From: Candidatus Saccharimonadota bacterium
GTDB lineage: Bacteria; Patescibacteriota; Saccharimonadia; Saccharimonadales; Saccharimonadaceae
Direction of reading: 5' to 3'
NCBI RefSeq assembly: GCF_025273655.1
Contig: NZ_CP045921.1
Location: 30,001 to 62,000, forward strand
Length of the DNA stretch: 32,000 nucleotides
The position numbers and the translations under genes are program-made. Under the pieces are notes generated by a model. That model made no database searches, was not told the DNA's origin, and saw only the letters and a list, made by a program, of their open reading frames with translations. This document shows, piece by piece, positions 7,186 through 15,906 of the stretch (position 1 is its first letter; each line of letters opens with the position of its first letter).

Positions 7186-7767
7186 CTAGTCTTTCGTATC
7201 GCCAGAGCCGCTACCTTTTTGTGCTTGAGCAGTTGCTGGCTTCAGACCGGTCGCGCTGACTTCGATTGAAAAGTCTACCGCGTTTTGTGAGGTATGGTAA
7301 ATACTGTACTTGTTGTCTGGGTAGTGACCAGTACCCGTGCCGTTATCAAAGAAGACGGTCATACTCTTGCCAGGTTCGATTGTCACGCCATCAAGTTTTT
7401 GGTAGTAGCTTTCACTTTGTTTCGTCTTGGCGTCGGTCATGGTGTAGTAGGCTTCAAGGTTTTGCGCTGGCTGGCTGCTGCTATTTTGAATCGTAAACTG
7501 GATGCGATCATTAACTGCCGCGCCTGTCGCTGGGTCGGTATTGTTTTCAACCTGCGCATTAGTAATGGTCAAACCGGCCTGTGTTGAGGTGTTTTTAATC
7601 GGATTATCTTTTACCGGCAAAACTGTCGGTGTTTGATTCTGAGATGTTGTGTTCGTGGTGTTTGTTTGCGACGGATTACTACCACTATTCGTGTAGTAGA
7701 GGTACGCTGCGCCTCCGCCTACGACGATAACCGCCCCGATAATGATGCCTATAGTGTTCTTTTTCAT
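7186..7767 (-). CDS. Membrane-anchored extracytoplasmic protein (N-terminal TM, S/T/N/Q-rich linker, beta-rich domain), last gene of the ABC operon
   Basis: 193 aa. MKKNTIGIIIGAVIVVGGGAAYLYY anchor. 4-nt overlap (7764-7767) with the upstream permease gene. Confidence 0.6.
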   Translation of the reverse strand: MKKNTIGIIIGAVIVVGGGAAYLYYTNSGSNPSQTNTTNTTSQNQTPTVLPVKDNPIKNTSTQAGLTITNAQVENNTDPATGAAVNDRIQFTIQNSSSQPAQNLEAYYTMTDAKTKQSESYYQKLDGVTIEPGKSMTVFFDNGTGTGHYPDNKYSIYHTSQNAVDFSIEVSATGLKPATAQAQKGSGSGDTKD

Positions 7768-8747
7768 ATTGACTCCTTTCTAAGTAGTCGTTTCTTATTA
7801 CATTGCCAGATCGCCCAGAGCGTGCCGCCAAGCGCCCATGCACACACCGTCACGATATTGCCCCACAGGTGCGCGAAGACATACCCGAGCGATTGCTGAT
7901 TATAGATTGGTTTGATGCCGGTAAACCCGAACGTTGACCGCTCAAAATGCTTTTCGACAGAGGCACTTTCGACATAGTTGCGCCCGTTCTCATAGCCGCT
8001 AAAATGTGCCATGATGTCGTGCTGCTGCGGTCGAGCGATTTGCAAACTGTTGAATAAACCGCCTGGCACTTGGTTATCCGGATCCATCGTGTCGCCAATT
8101 TGCGGCAAAACTAGCACGACGACCAACCACAACATCAACCCGACGATCAGGGCGGTCGATGGTTGCTTTGCCCATGCTGCCAACCCCAGCCCTACCGCGC
8201 TCCAAAAGAACAAGTAGACAGCTGCGAGTGCGGCAGTTTCAATGATGCGAACATAATCAATCCCTGAGATATGCGCACCGCCAATCAACAGCAAGATAGC
8301 CACCATGCCAAACCCGATACAACAACTAAAGACTGCCCACGTAATCGCCAATGCGGTCAGCTTACCGATCGCAATATCTTTACTGCGTAGCGGACGGCTC
8401 AAGAGGAGCAAAAGTGTACCCCTCGATTTTTCCTTGGTGATAATCCCATAACCGATCACGATAGCCAGCAGCGCACCGATAATCTCAAGGTATTCGATGC
8501 CGCCGATCAACTGTTGTAGCGGGTAAAACTCTGGCGCATTGGCGGGCGTCGCGGTGCTACCGGCCTGTTTGAGCGCGTCAAGATAGTGCTGGTAATCTGC
8601 CACCTGCGCATGAAACGCAACTGCCGACACGACAATCGAGGCTAAGATCAGGGCGCACAACCCAGCCAGCAGCGCCACAAATAGCCCGCTGCGGCGCATA
8701 TCACGCAAGTCCTTTTTGCCGATAACCCACCATGCCATACTACTCAT
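7764..8747 (-). CDS. ABC-2 type transporter permease
   Basis: 327 aa. Multiple TM helices with a large first extracytoplasmic loop. Overlaps the upstream permease by 8 nt. Confidence 0.7.
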   Translation of the reverse strand: MSSMAWWVIGKKDLRDMRRSGLFVALLAGLCALILASIVVSAVAFHAQVADYQHYLDALKQAGSTATPANAPEFYPLQQLIGGIEYLEIIGALLAIVIGYGIITKEKSRGTLLLLLSRPLRSKDIAIGKLTALAITWAVFSCCIGFGMVAILLLIGGAHISGIDYVRIIETAALAAVYLFFWSAVGLGLAAWAKQPSTALIVGLMLWLVVVLVLPQIGDTMDPDNQVPGGLFNSLQIARPQQHDIMAHFSGYENGRNYVESASVEKHFERSTFGFTGIKPIYNQQSLGYVFAHLWGNIVTVCAWALGGTLWAIWQCNKKRLLRKESI

Positions 8748-9636
8748 AGAGTTCTCCCTTGCGCATCAGTTGCGGCGCACAGACAAGCAACGGTACGACT
8801 GTCACGCCAACGATCAACGCAAACTCAAGCATTTGTCTTGTAGTGTCGTGATCGTCGGTAAAATGGAGTGATGCCGCGCTCAATTCTTTGTAGTGATCGG
8901 TAAACGAAAACGGTTGAAGCACTTGGTGGTTTATTTGAAAGAAAGCACCCTCAGAGGCGGGTTGTGCCGGTACAGGGTTGAGAAACGAGATCGGTTCTTC
9001 GGCAGTGCCAAACTGCGGCACAACAAAGGTCACAAGCGCCCACACCAGAATTGGCACGAGCAGCGCCGTCGTCTCGCCCTTGGCACGCATACCGCTCATC
9101 ATGCCAAGTGCCATAAACGGCAACAGAAACAGCCAGCTCAAGGCAAAAAATGCCAGAAGTCGTCCGGTATTCCCGAGAGAGGTAGCGTGACCTTGGACAA
9201 TCCATAGACTAAGCCATGTCAGTACCGCAGCAATAACCGTAATTACCCCCAACCAGATCGCCATGCCAATAAAGCGAGCCGCGACATATTGCCGTTTACT
9301 TACTGGCCGACTAAATACCAAGTCAAGCACGCGTGATTTTCGGTCACGCACACTGGAACGTACCCCGATCAGTACCGCGAACAACGCCCCGATCAGCGCC
9401 ATATAGATAACGACATTTTTTACCGGGTCGAGCTGCGGGATTTGGAGAAACGGATTTGGCTGGGTCGTCGCGCCTTGGCGCAAGGCTTCATTGTAAACAC
9501 TCGTAACCGTTTCATGCGTCAGCCAGCCGATAAAACTAGCGGCTGCGACCATGAACAGAAATACGATCAAGATAAGTTGCGGTAGCCGCTCCCGCCTGGC
9601 TGCTTTTATCTCGTGTCGTATCGTCGCCGCGAACAT
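8740..9636 (-). CDS. ABC-2 type transporter permease
   Basis: 298 aa polytopic membrane protein. Starts 2 nt after the ATPase stop. Confidence 0.7.
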   Translation of the reverse strand: MFAATIRHEIKAARRERLPQLILIVFLFMVAAASFIGWLTHETVTSVYNEALRQGATTQPNPFLQIPQLDPVKNVVIYMALIGALFAVLIGVRSSVRDRKSRVLDLVFSRPVSKRQYVAARFIGMAIWLGVITVIAAVLTWLSLWIVQGHATSLGNTGRLLAFFALSWLFLLPFMALGMMSGMRAKGETTALLVPILVWALVTFVVPQFGTAEEPISFLNPVPAQPASEGAFFQINHQVLQPFSFTDHYKELSAASLHFTDDHDTTRQMLEFALIVGVTVVPLLVCAPQLMRKGELYE

Positions 9637-9638
9637 CG

Positions 9639-10376
9639 TTACCGCTCCGTCGTCGTGTCGATTTGTAGGTAGATATCTTCAAGCGACCCGTTGCCTGCAA
9701 ATCGTTTGAGCGTATCAGCCAGCGAGTTCTGGTAAATCAGCACACCCGATCTCAAAATACCGATACTCGTACAGGTCTGCGTCACCTCTGATAGTAAGTG
9801 CGTATTCATAAAAATGGTGATGCCAAGCTCCTTATTGAGCTTCAAAATAAGATCACGCAAGCTTTTGACACCTTGCGGGTCGAGGCCGGATGTCGGCTCG
9901 TCGAGGAATAATAACTTTGGCTTATGCAAGATCGCCTGTGCGATACCGACGCGCTGGCGCATACCCTTACTGAATGTTGCCAGTCGTTCGTTATCGTGTC
10001 CGGTGAAATCAAGCAGTTCAAGTACCTCAGCGATGCGTTTACGCGGGTTTTTCAAGCCCGATAACTTGCCGAAATACTCAAGATTTTCATAGAGCGTCAT
10101 ATTGTCGTAAAACTGGACGTTCTCGGGCAAGTAGCCGATTGACTGCTGGACAGCGCGTGATTGCTTTACGATGTCATGCCCAAGCACCGACGCCGTGCCG
10201 CTGGTCGGTGTCAGTAATGTCGTGAGGAGACTCACGGTGGTTGTTTTACCCGCACCATTATGTCCGAGCAAGCCGAATATCTCGCCAGTCTTTACGGTGA
10301 GGTTGAGACTTTTGACGGCAGGCTTAGCCCCGTATACAAGGCTGAGATCGTGGGTTTCGATGGCAATAGCTTTCAT
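9639..10376 (-). CDS. ABC transporter ATP-binding protein
   Basis: Walker A GHNGAGKTT, signature FSKGMRQRV, Walker B LLFLDEPTSGLD, H-loop NTHLL. Confidence 0.9.
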   Translation of the reverse strand: MKAIAIETHDLSLVYGAKPAVKSLNLTVKTGEIFGLLGHNGAGKTTTVSLLTTLLTPTSGTASVLGHDIVKQSRAVQQSIGYLPENVQFYDNMTLYENLEYFGKLSGLKNPRKRIAEVLELLDFTGHDNERLATFSKGMRQRVGIAQAILHKPKLLFLDEPTSGLDPQGVKSLRDLILKLNKELGITIFMNTHLLSEVTQTCTSIGILRSGVLIYQNSLADTLKRFAGNGSLEDIYLQIDTTTER

Positions 10377-10423
10377 CTACTGCCGAGTATAGCCATCTAT
10401 ATATGAGACCAGCGTGAGAAATG

Positions 10424-11221
10424 CTAGTGCGATTTACTTGCTATGCGTCGCTGGCTATCTCCGTGCGACACCGCCAAATAGCCGACCGCGATGACAAGCA
10501 GGGTCGTCAGTACCAATGTCACTAGACTATCACCGTAGCCCATACCGCCGATGCTATGCGGCTTGCCGAGCCAGTCAGCCACCGATGCGCCAAGTGGCCG
10601 TGTTAGCACATAGGCGCACCAAAATGTGAGGATAGCATTGGCATTAAATAGCCAGTATGCAACTGCCGGAATAGCGATCAGTACGCCAAACAGGAGGATA
10701 GAATCGAAGTACCCAAGGTTGAGCGTCATCGCCGTCATATCACCGGCAGCCGTACCGAGCGCAAAGGTTGCCATGATCGTCAGCCAGTAGAACGCTTCAC
10801 GTCGTGGCGTGTGAATACTATGGATTGATAGTGTTCCCTCAACTTTGTACCACAGCCCGAACATCACCAGCATACTCACCGCAAAAAAGATCGTCGAAAC
10901 AACGTACGGAACACCGAACTGAATATGTAGCACGTCAGCCGCCATCGTGCCAAACACCGCTACCATAGCGACAGCAAACCAATAGGTCGCCGGTCTATAC
11001 TCTTTCGCCCTGAACTGAAGCGTCAGCGCTACCAGTAGCAACAAAAAGCCACCAATCACGGCAATATACGGATTGATAACCACCACTGAATAATCTGCGG
11101 CAGCCTCGCCAAGCGCAGTTGTGAGCAGTTTGACTACCCAAAAGATCGCCGCGATCTGCGGTACTTTTGTGACAGTTTGCCAGGCAACGCGATGAGCGGT
11201 ACGGTGATGCTCTACAGCCAT
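10424..11221 (-). CDS. Polytopic membrane protein, DUF347/COG4705-like repeat family
   Basis: Repeated motif of the type VPxIxxxFWxxKxLTTxxGExxxD (KVPQIAAIFWVVKLLTTALGEAAADY). The ATG at 11221 lies 9 nt after TACAAT (11231-11236). Confidence 0.55.
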   Translation of the reverse strand: MAVEHHRTAHRVAWQTVTKVPQIAAIFWVVKLLTTALGEAAADYSVVVINPYIAVIGGFLLLLVALTLQFRAKEYRPATYWFAVAMVAVFGTMAADVLHIQFGVPYVVSTIFFAVSMLVMFGLWYKVEGTLSIHSIHTPRREAFYWLTIMATFALGTAAGDMTAMTLNLGYFDSILLFGVLIAIPAVAYWLFNANAILTFWCAYVLTRPLGASVADWLGKPHSIGGMGYGDSLVTLVLTTLLVIAVGYLAVSHGDSQRRIASKSH

Positions 11222-11272
11222 ATACATTTCATTGTAGCAGCGTGAATATGATAACATGATGAGGTACCTGCG

Positions 11273-11773
11273 CTATAAGACATGAACTTCTCCTCCATTG
11301 TGTCGTCGAGACAGATTTTTGGCTACTATGATAGTGAGAGATACGGCTATCGTTGCAGCAATCAGCCCGACGGCAATACCACCAAGAATGTCAGACCAGT
11401 GATGGACATGAGCAAATACGCGGGCAGCACCGATCAGAATAGCTACTGGAATCATCACTAGCCCCCACTTACGAGCATAGAAAAAGCTGATGAACGCCAG
11501 CGTCGTACCAAACGTCGTATGATCTGATGGAAAGCCGTTGTCCGGTGCGTGCGAAAACAGCGGCACAAGATGCTCACTCACAAATGGGCGTGGGTCGGTA
11601 ATTACTAGCCCCGCAAGCTTGGCGAGGATAAACGCGCAGATGCCACCGATCGCTAGTGATATGAAATACTTTTTGCGCTCACCGCTTGGCAAGCGAAAAA
11701 AGATGATCGCAGCGAGGAGTGGCAGCACAAAAAAGAGATACTGCGCTACAAAAACGATCAGCCCATCAATCAT
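11273..11773 (-). CDS. PAP2 superfamily phosphatase (BcrC/undecaprenyl-diphosphatase-like)
   Basis: PAP2 motifs ITDPRPF (KxxxxxxRP-like), FPSDHTT (PSGH) and ARVFAHVHHWSDILGG (SRxxxxxHxxxD). Confidence 0.8.
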   Translation of the reverse strand: MIDGLIVFVAQYLFFVLPLLAAIIFFRLPSGERKKYFISLAIGGICAFILAKLAGLVITDPRPFVSEHLVPLFSHAPDNGFPSDHTTFGTTLAFISFFYARKWGLVMIPVAILIGAARVFAHVHHWSDILGGIAVGLIAATIAVSLTIIVAKNLSRRHNGGEVHVL

Positions 11774-12386
11774 TAGTCACCTCCGTTGTCTTTGCGTGTT
11801 TGCGTTTTTGCAAATGGACGACGGCTGGAATAAAGGACACGACCATAACGACAATCACAACTGGCAAAATATAGTGATCCATATTCGGAATGATACGGCC
11901 AAGCGTATAGCCAAGCAGTGTCACCACCAAGCCCCACAGCGTACCGCCAAGCACGTTATAGGTCAGGAACTTTTTGTATGACAGTTTGCTCACACCAGCG
12001 ATTGTCGGTATGAACGTACGCACGATCGGCACAAACCGCGCAAAGATAATCGACTGCGCACCGTACTTTTCAAAGAACGCATGGGCTTCGTGCAGGTTCT
12101 TTTGCGAGAAAAAGCGTGAGTCCGGTCGCGTAAACAGTTTCGGTCCAACTTTTGAGCCGATAAAATAGCCGACGCTATCACCAACGATTGCCGCGACAAC
12201 AACGATCACTAGCGTCAGAAAGATATTGAGATGTCCTTGCGACGCAAGTATGCCAGCAGTAATCAGTAGTGTATCACCCGGCAAGAAAAAACCAGCTAGT
12301 AACCCCGATTCGGCAAACACAATCACGGCAAGCCCAACATAGCCAAATGTCAGCCAGTACACCGGGTCGAGTAAATTATGCAGCAC
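11766..12386 (-). CDS. DedA family membrane protein
   Basis: DedA signatures FAESGLLAGFFLPGDTLL and FARFVPIVRTFIPTIAGVSKLSYKKFLTYNVLGGTLWG. 8-nt overlap with the PAP2 gene. Confidence 0.85.
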   Translation of the reverse strand: MLHNLLDPVYWLTFGYVGLAVIVFAESGLLAGFFLPGDTLLITAGILASQGHLNIFLTLVIVVVAAIVGDSVGYFIGSKVGPKLFTRPDSRFFSQKNLHEAHAFFEKYGAQSIIFARFVPIVRTFIPTIAGVSKLSYKKFLTYNVLGGTLWGLVVTLLGYTLGRIIPNMDHYILPVVIVVMVVSFIPAVVHLQKRKHAKTTEVTND

Positions 12387-12478
12387 AGCAAATACTCCGT
12401 TTTCTTGATAGCAGACTGTTCATGTGGTTAGTATGCCTGATGCTAGATGGGATGAACGTGAGAATGTGACATAAAAAA

Positions 12479-12507
12479 TATGGCTTGCCGCTCCTTGCCA
12501 AGCCATA
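12479..12507 (-). terminator. Terminator-like hairpin (repeat copy R1) oriented leftward, upstream of dedA
   Basis: TATGGCTTG...CAAGCCATA, a 9-bp stem. On the minus strand it is followed by T6 and then CTCACGTTC. Confidence 0.5.
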
Positions 12508-12604
12508 CTCGCATGTTTATTTGACCCTCCTTTCTAGGAGTATACGAATGTATACACTCTCTAGTATGAACCTCCAAATGTGATACGAACGTGAGAGCAA
12601 AATA

Positions 12605-12634
12605 ATACGGCTTGGTCTCGCAGGCCAAGCCGTA
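12605..12634 (-). terminator. Terminator-like hairpin (repeat copy R2) oriented leftward
   Basis: ATACGGCTTGG-tctcgcag-CCAAGCCGTAT, an 11-bp stem. On the minus strand it is followed by ATTATTTTG and then CTCTCACGTTC. Confidence 0.5.
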
Positions 12635-12660
12635 TCTGTATACAGCACTATAACTATAGT

Positions 12661-12840
12661 TTTGTTAGTCGTTTGTTTCGGCGTCTTTTTGACCGCCTTG
12701 CCATTCTGTCTATTTTGACCATTTCGGGTGCAGTGGGAGCTGTCATTTGCGGTGGTCATAAGATCATAGCTGCTCTACGGGTATTTTTTGGTGGTACGAC
12801 AGCTATGGTAATTACTTACTTTATTGGCGCAAATGTCTAG
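12661..12840 (+). pseudogene. Possible remnant of the C-terminus of a VIT1/CCC1-family membrane protein
   Basis: The frame ending at TAG 12838-12840 reads ...LSILTISGAVGAVICGGHKIIAALRVFFGGTTAMVITYFIGANV. This resembles the last TM helices of VIT-family proteins. There is no ATG or RBS, and stops lie upstream at 12562 and 12592. Confidence 0.3.
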
Positions 12841-12884
12841 CTGATTGTAAGCAAACTGCAAGCCAGTTAGTATACAATAGTACT

Positions 12885-13568
12885 ATGCGCCTACTTGTCG
12901 TTGAAGATGAAGCCCGTATTGCTGAAGCTATAAAACGCGCCCTTGAACTGCATCACTATGCAGTCGATATTGTGCATGATGCAGATAGTGGTCTTACTGC
13001 TGCAGCCCATCCAGACTATGATATGGTCATTCTTGATCGCATGTTGCCTGGGAATAACGACGGTATTGGCATAGCCCAGGAATTACGTAACCAAGGTGTC
13101 GATACGCCGATCATTATGTTGACTGCACTAGGTGAAGTTGATGATCGGGTAGTCGGCTTGCAAGCCGGTGCTGATGACTATCTGCAGAAGCCGTTTGCCA
13201 TGAAAGAACTGATTGCTCGCGTACAAACACTGTTTCGTCGACCTCGCTACACACTTGGCACGACACTGAAAATCGATGACCTGCAATATGACCCTGTGAC
13301 ATTTCAAGCTACACGCAGCGGTAAGCAGCTGTCGCTCTCGAACAAGGAAATAAAATTGCTGGAGTATATGCTTTACAATCAGGGTCAAGTGATAAGCAAA
13401 GACAAGATTATCACTCATGTCTGGGACGAAGATGCGCTGATCGTGCCTAATACTGTCGAGGTATACATGGGCTATCTTCGCAAAAAGATAGACGCTAATT
13501 TCCCCGACAGGCCACCACTTATACATACGGTTCGAGGGTTTGGTTATCAGCTAGGAGTAATCGCCTAA
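12885..13568 (+). CDS. OmpR/PhoB-family response regulator (TCS-1)
   Basis: Receiver domain (MRLLVVEDE, DMVILDRMLPG, LTALGEVDDRV, KPF) plus winged-helix domain (LSNKEIKLLEYM ... VRGFGYQL). TACAAT lies 6 nt upstream of the ATG. Confidence 0.9.
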   Translation: MRLLVVEDEARIAEAIKRALELHHYAVDIVHDADSGLTAAAHPDYDMVILDRMLPGNNDGIGIAQELRNQGVDTPIIMLTALGEVDDRVVGLQAGADDYLQKPFAMKELIARVQTLFRRPRYTLGTTLKIDDLQYDPVTFQATRSGKQLSLSNKEIKLLEYMLYNQGQVISKDKIITHVWDEDALIVPNTVEVYMGYLRKKIDANFPDRPPLIHTVRGFGYQLGVIA

Positions 13569-14561
13569 ATGTTTAAATCGGCAACGGTCAAACTTACCCT
13601 TTGGTATGTGCTATTAGCGGCCACGCTTTGCCTTGCGTACAGTGTTGTCGTGTATCATCTTTCAACTGAAGAACTCGATGAGGCACTTAACCGGCAATAC
13701 AGCAGCCTCATATCAACCGATGATCATGACAACGATAATGTGCCGCCACCGTATGCTGCGATACAAGAACACAGCAAGCATCTGCTCGGTGAATTAGTCT
13801 GGTTCAATATCACTGTTATTGCTGGTTCATCCGTTTTCGGTTACTTTTTAGCTCGACGAACACTGCGGCCAATTGAACAGGCGCATACGGCACAAATTCG
13901 TTTTACCGCCGAGGCCAGCCATGAACTTCGCACACCACTAGCTGCGATACGCGCCGATACTGAAGTTGCGCTCATGGAGAAAGGCTTAACCGCTAAAGCA
14001 AGGCGTACATTGGAGGGTAACTTGCAAGATATTGGGCGGCTCGAACAACTGACAACAAACCTACTGGATATCGCTCGCTACCATAACGGCTCGGCACCAA
14101 AACTTGGCGTGCTTGATTTCGATGAGCTAACACGCCAAGCCATTAAGCAACTCACCCATAAAGCAGACGAGAAGCACATCACCCTCAAATCGACGATTAA
14201 GCCGGTTCAGGTCATGGGCGATCAACGTACTCTAGAGCAGCTCGTCATCATCTTTATCGATAATGCCATTAAATACAGTCACGAAAATACCACAGTTACT
14301 GTCTCACTCAAGGCTGATATGGCACATGCCGTACTTACCATTAAAGATAAAGGCGTTGGCATACCGGCCGATGATATTCCACATATCTTTGAGCATTTCT
14401 ATCGCTCGCAAAATACCAGTAGAACAAAGCACGTATCGGGCTACGGGCTTGGCTTGCCACTAGCCCAGGAAATCATCAGGGCGCATGGCGGTCAGGCGGA
14501 AATCGAGAGTCGGGAAAATCACGGCACAACCGTCACCGTAACATTGCCGACTGCACCATAA
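13569..14561 (+). CDS. Sensor histidine kinase (TCS-1), 2 TM, 330 aa
   Basis: H-box FTAEASHELRTPLAAI; N, G1 and G2 boxes (DNAIKYS, KDKGVGI, GYGLGL). The start abuts the RR stop (TAAATG). Confidence 0.9.
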   Translation: MFKSATVKLTLWYVLLAATLCLAYSVVVYHLSTEELDEALNRQYSSLISTDDHDNDNVPPPYAAIQEHSKHLLGELVWFNITVIAGSSVFGYFLARRTLRPIEQAHTAQIRFTAEASHELRTPLAAIRADTEVALMEKGLTAKARRTLEGNLQDIGRLEQLTTNLLDIARYHNGSAPKLGVLDFDELTRQAIKQLTHKADEKHITLKSTIKPVQVMGDQRTLEQLVIIFIDNAIKYSHENTTVTVSLKADMAHAVLTIKDKGVGIPADDIPHIFEHFYRSQNTSRTKHVSGYGLGLPLAQEIIRAHGGQAEIESRENHGTTVTVTLPTAP

Positions 14562-14607
14562 GCGGCCAGTAAGCAAACCTACAGGCTTAATTCGTATAGT
14601 TGTAGGT

Positions 14608-15162
14608 ATGAAGAAAGCATCTATTGGACTGGCTGTACTTGTAACACTTGTTGGTTATAGCCTATTCGTCCGTCACGAACAACCAAAGATTAGCGCACCC
14701 TCATCATTAACAGCGGATACCTCGAATAATAACAAGTCGAATACCACCAGCACGCCTCCTAGTGAGGAGAGTACAAGTAGCGGTAGTGGTGGCGATGATA
14801 CTACCTCAAGCGGCAACTCGCCATCATCTTCATCGTCAAGTAGCAGCCAAGGTTCAAGCCAGTCCAGCACGAGTACAGGAGCGTACAAGGACGGCTCATA
14901 CACAGGTAGCACCGAAGATGCTTACTACGGCAACGTACAAGTAAAAGCTACGATTTCAGGTGGCAAGCTTACCAGTGTCGCGTTCTTAGATTACCCTCAC
15001 ACACACTCAACATCGGTCTACATTAACCAACAGGCTATGCCATACCTCCAGCAAGAGGCTATTAAAGCGCAGAGTGCAAACGTCAATATCATAAGTGGTG
15101 CAACGTACACCAGTCAGGCATTCATACAGTCACTCAGCAATGCACTGTCTCAGGCATCGTAA
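14608..15162 (+). CDS. Membrane-anchored extracytoplasmic FMN-binding domain protein (ApbE substrate-type)
   Basis: N-terminal TM anchor, Ser/Thr-rich linker and FMN_bind-like domain (YKDGSYTGSTEDAYYGNVQVKATISGGKLTSV). Flavinylation-type motif NIISGATYTS with Thr codon at 15103-15105. Confidence 0.8.
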   Translation: MKKASIGLAVLVTLVGYSLFVRHEQPKISAPSSLTADTSNNNKSNTTSTPPSEESTSSGSGGDDTTSSGNSPSSSSSSSSQGSSQSSTSTGAYKDGSYTGSTEDAYYGNVQVKATISGGKLTSVAFLDYPHTHSTSVYINQQAMPYLQQEAIKAQSANVNIISGATYTSQAFIQSLSNALSQAS

Positions 15163-15168
15163 GGCCTC

Positions 15169-15906
15169 ATGAAACAAACAAAAATCATCATGGGCATGCC
15201 AATTACTGTTGAGATTACGGACTCGGAAGATACACAGCTACTTGCTGACACCTTTGCTTTTTTCAATAAGGTAGATCGTCGCTACAGTACCTACAAAGAC
15301 GACAGTGAAATTACTCAGATCAATAACGGTATGCCGCGCAGCGATTGGAGTCCTGAAATGCAGGAAATCATGCAGCTCTGTGAGGAAACAAAGCAAGAAA
15401 CTGACGGCTATTTTGATATCAAACATGACGGCAAACTTGACCCGTCTGGCCTCGTCAAGGGCTGGTCTATTTGGGAAGCAGCCAAGCAGTTAGAAAAGCG
15501 TGGCCTCCGCAACTTTTACATTGAAGCCGGGGGCGATATTCAAGCCCAAGGCGTGAATAGTGAGCATGAGCCATGGACTGTCGGCATTCGCAATCCGTTT
15601 AATACAGATGAGATTATCAAGACACTGCATATGCATAACTGTGGTGTTGCAACATCAGGCACGTACATTCGTGGACAGCATATCTATAATCCACACCAGC
15701 CAGAAGAAGCCCCACACGGCGTGCAGAGCCTCACGGTTGTTGCGGCAAATGTCTACGAAGCCGATCGCTTTGCCACGGCTGCATTTGCAATGGGCATGAA
15801 CGGCATAGCGTTCATCGAGCAGCGCGACGGGCTTGAGGGTTACCTCGTAGATAACAATGGCATGGCCACCTATACGAGCGGCTTCAAGGAGTACGTACAT
15901 GCTTAA
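15169..15906 (+). CDS. apbE: FAD:protein FMN transferase (ApbE family)
   Basis: IMGMPITVEI, FNKVDRRYSTYKDDSEITQIN, DPSGLVKGW, IEAGGDI and VATSGTY, typical of ApbE. Confidence 0.85.
   Translation: MKQTKIIMGMPITVEITDSEDTQLLADTFAFFNKVDRRYSTYKDDSEITQINNGMPRSDWSPEMQEIMQLCEETKQETDGYFDIKHDGKLDPSGLVKGWSIWEAAKQLEKRGLRNFYIEAGGDIQAQGVNSEHEPWTVGIRNPFNTDEIIKTLHMHNCGVATSGTYIRGQHIYNPHQPEEAPHGVQSLTVVAANVYEADRFATAAFAMGMNGIAFIEQRDGLEGYLVDNNGMATYTSGFKEYVHA

Noticed and set aside
12517-12759. 80-aa minus-strand ORF in the dedA/RR1 intergenic region
   Set aside because: Low-complexity, basic, non-protein-like translation spanning the hairpin repeats. No RBS. The opposite strand carries the VIT-like remnant.
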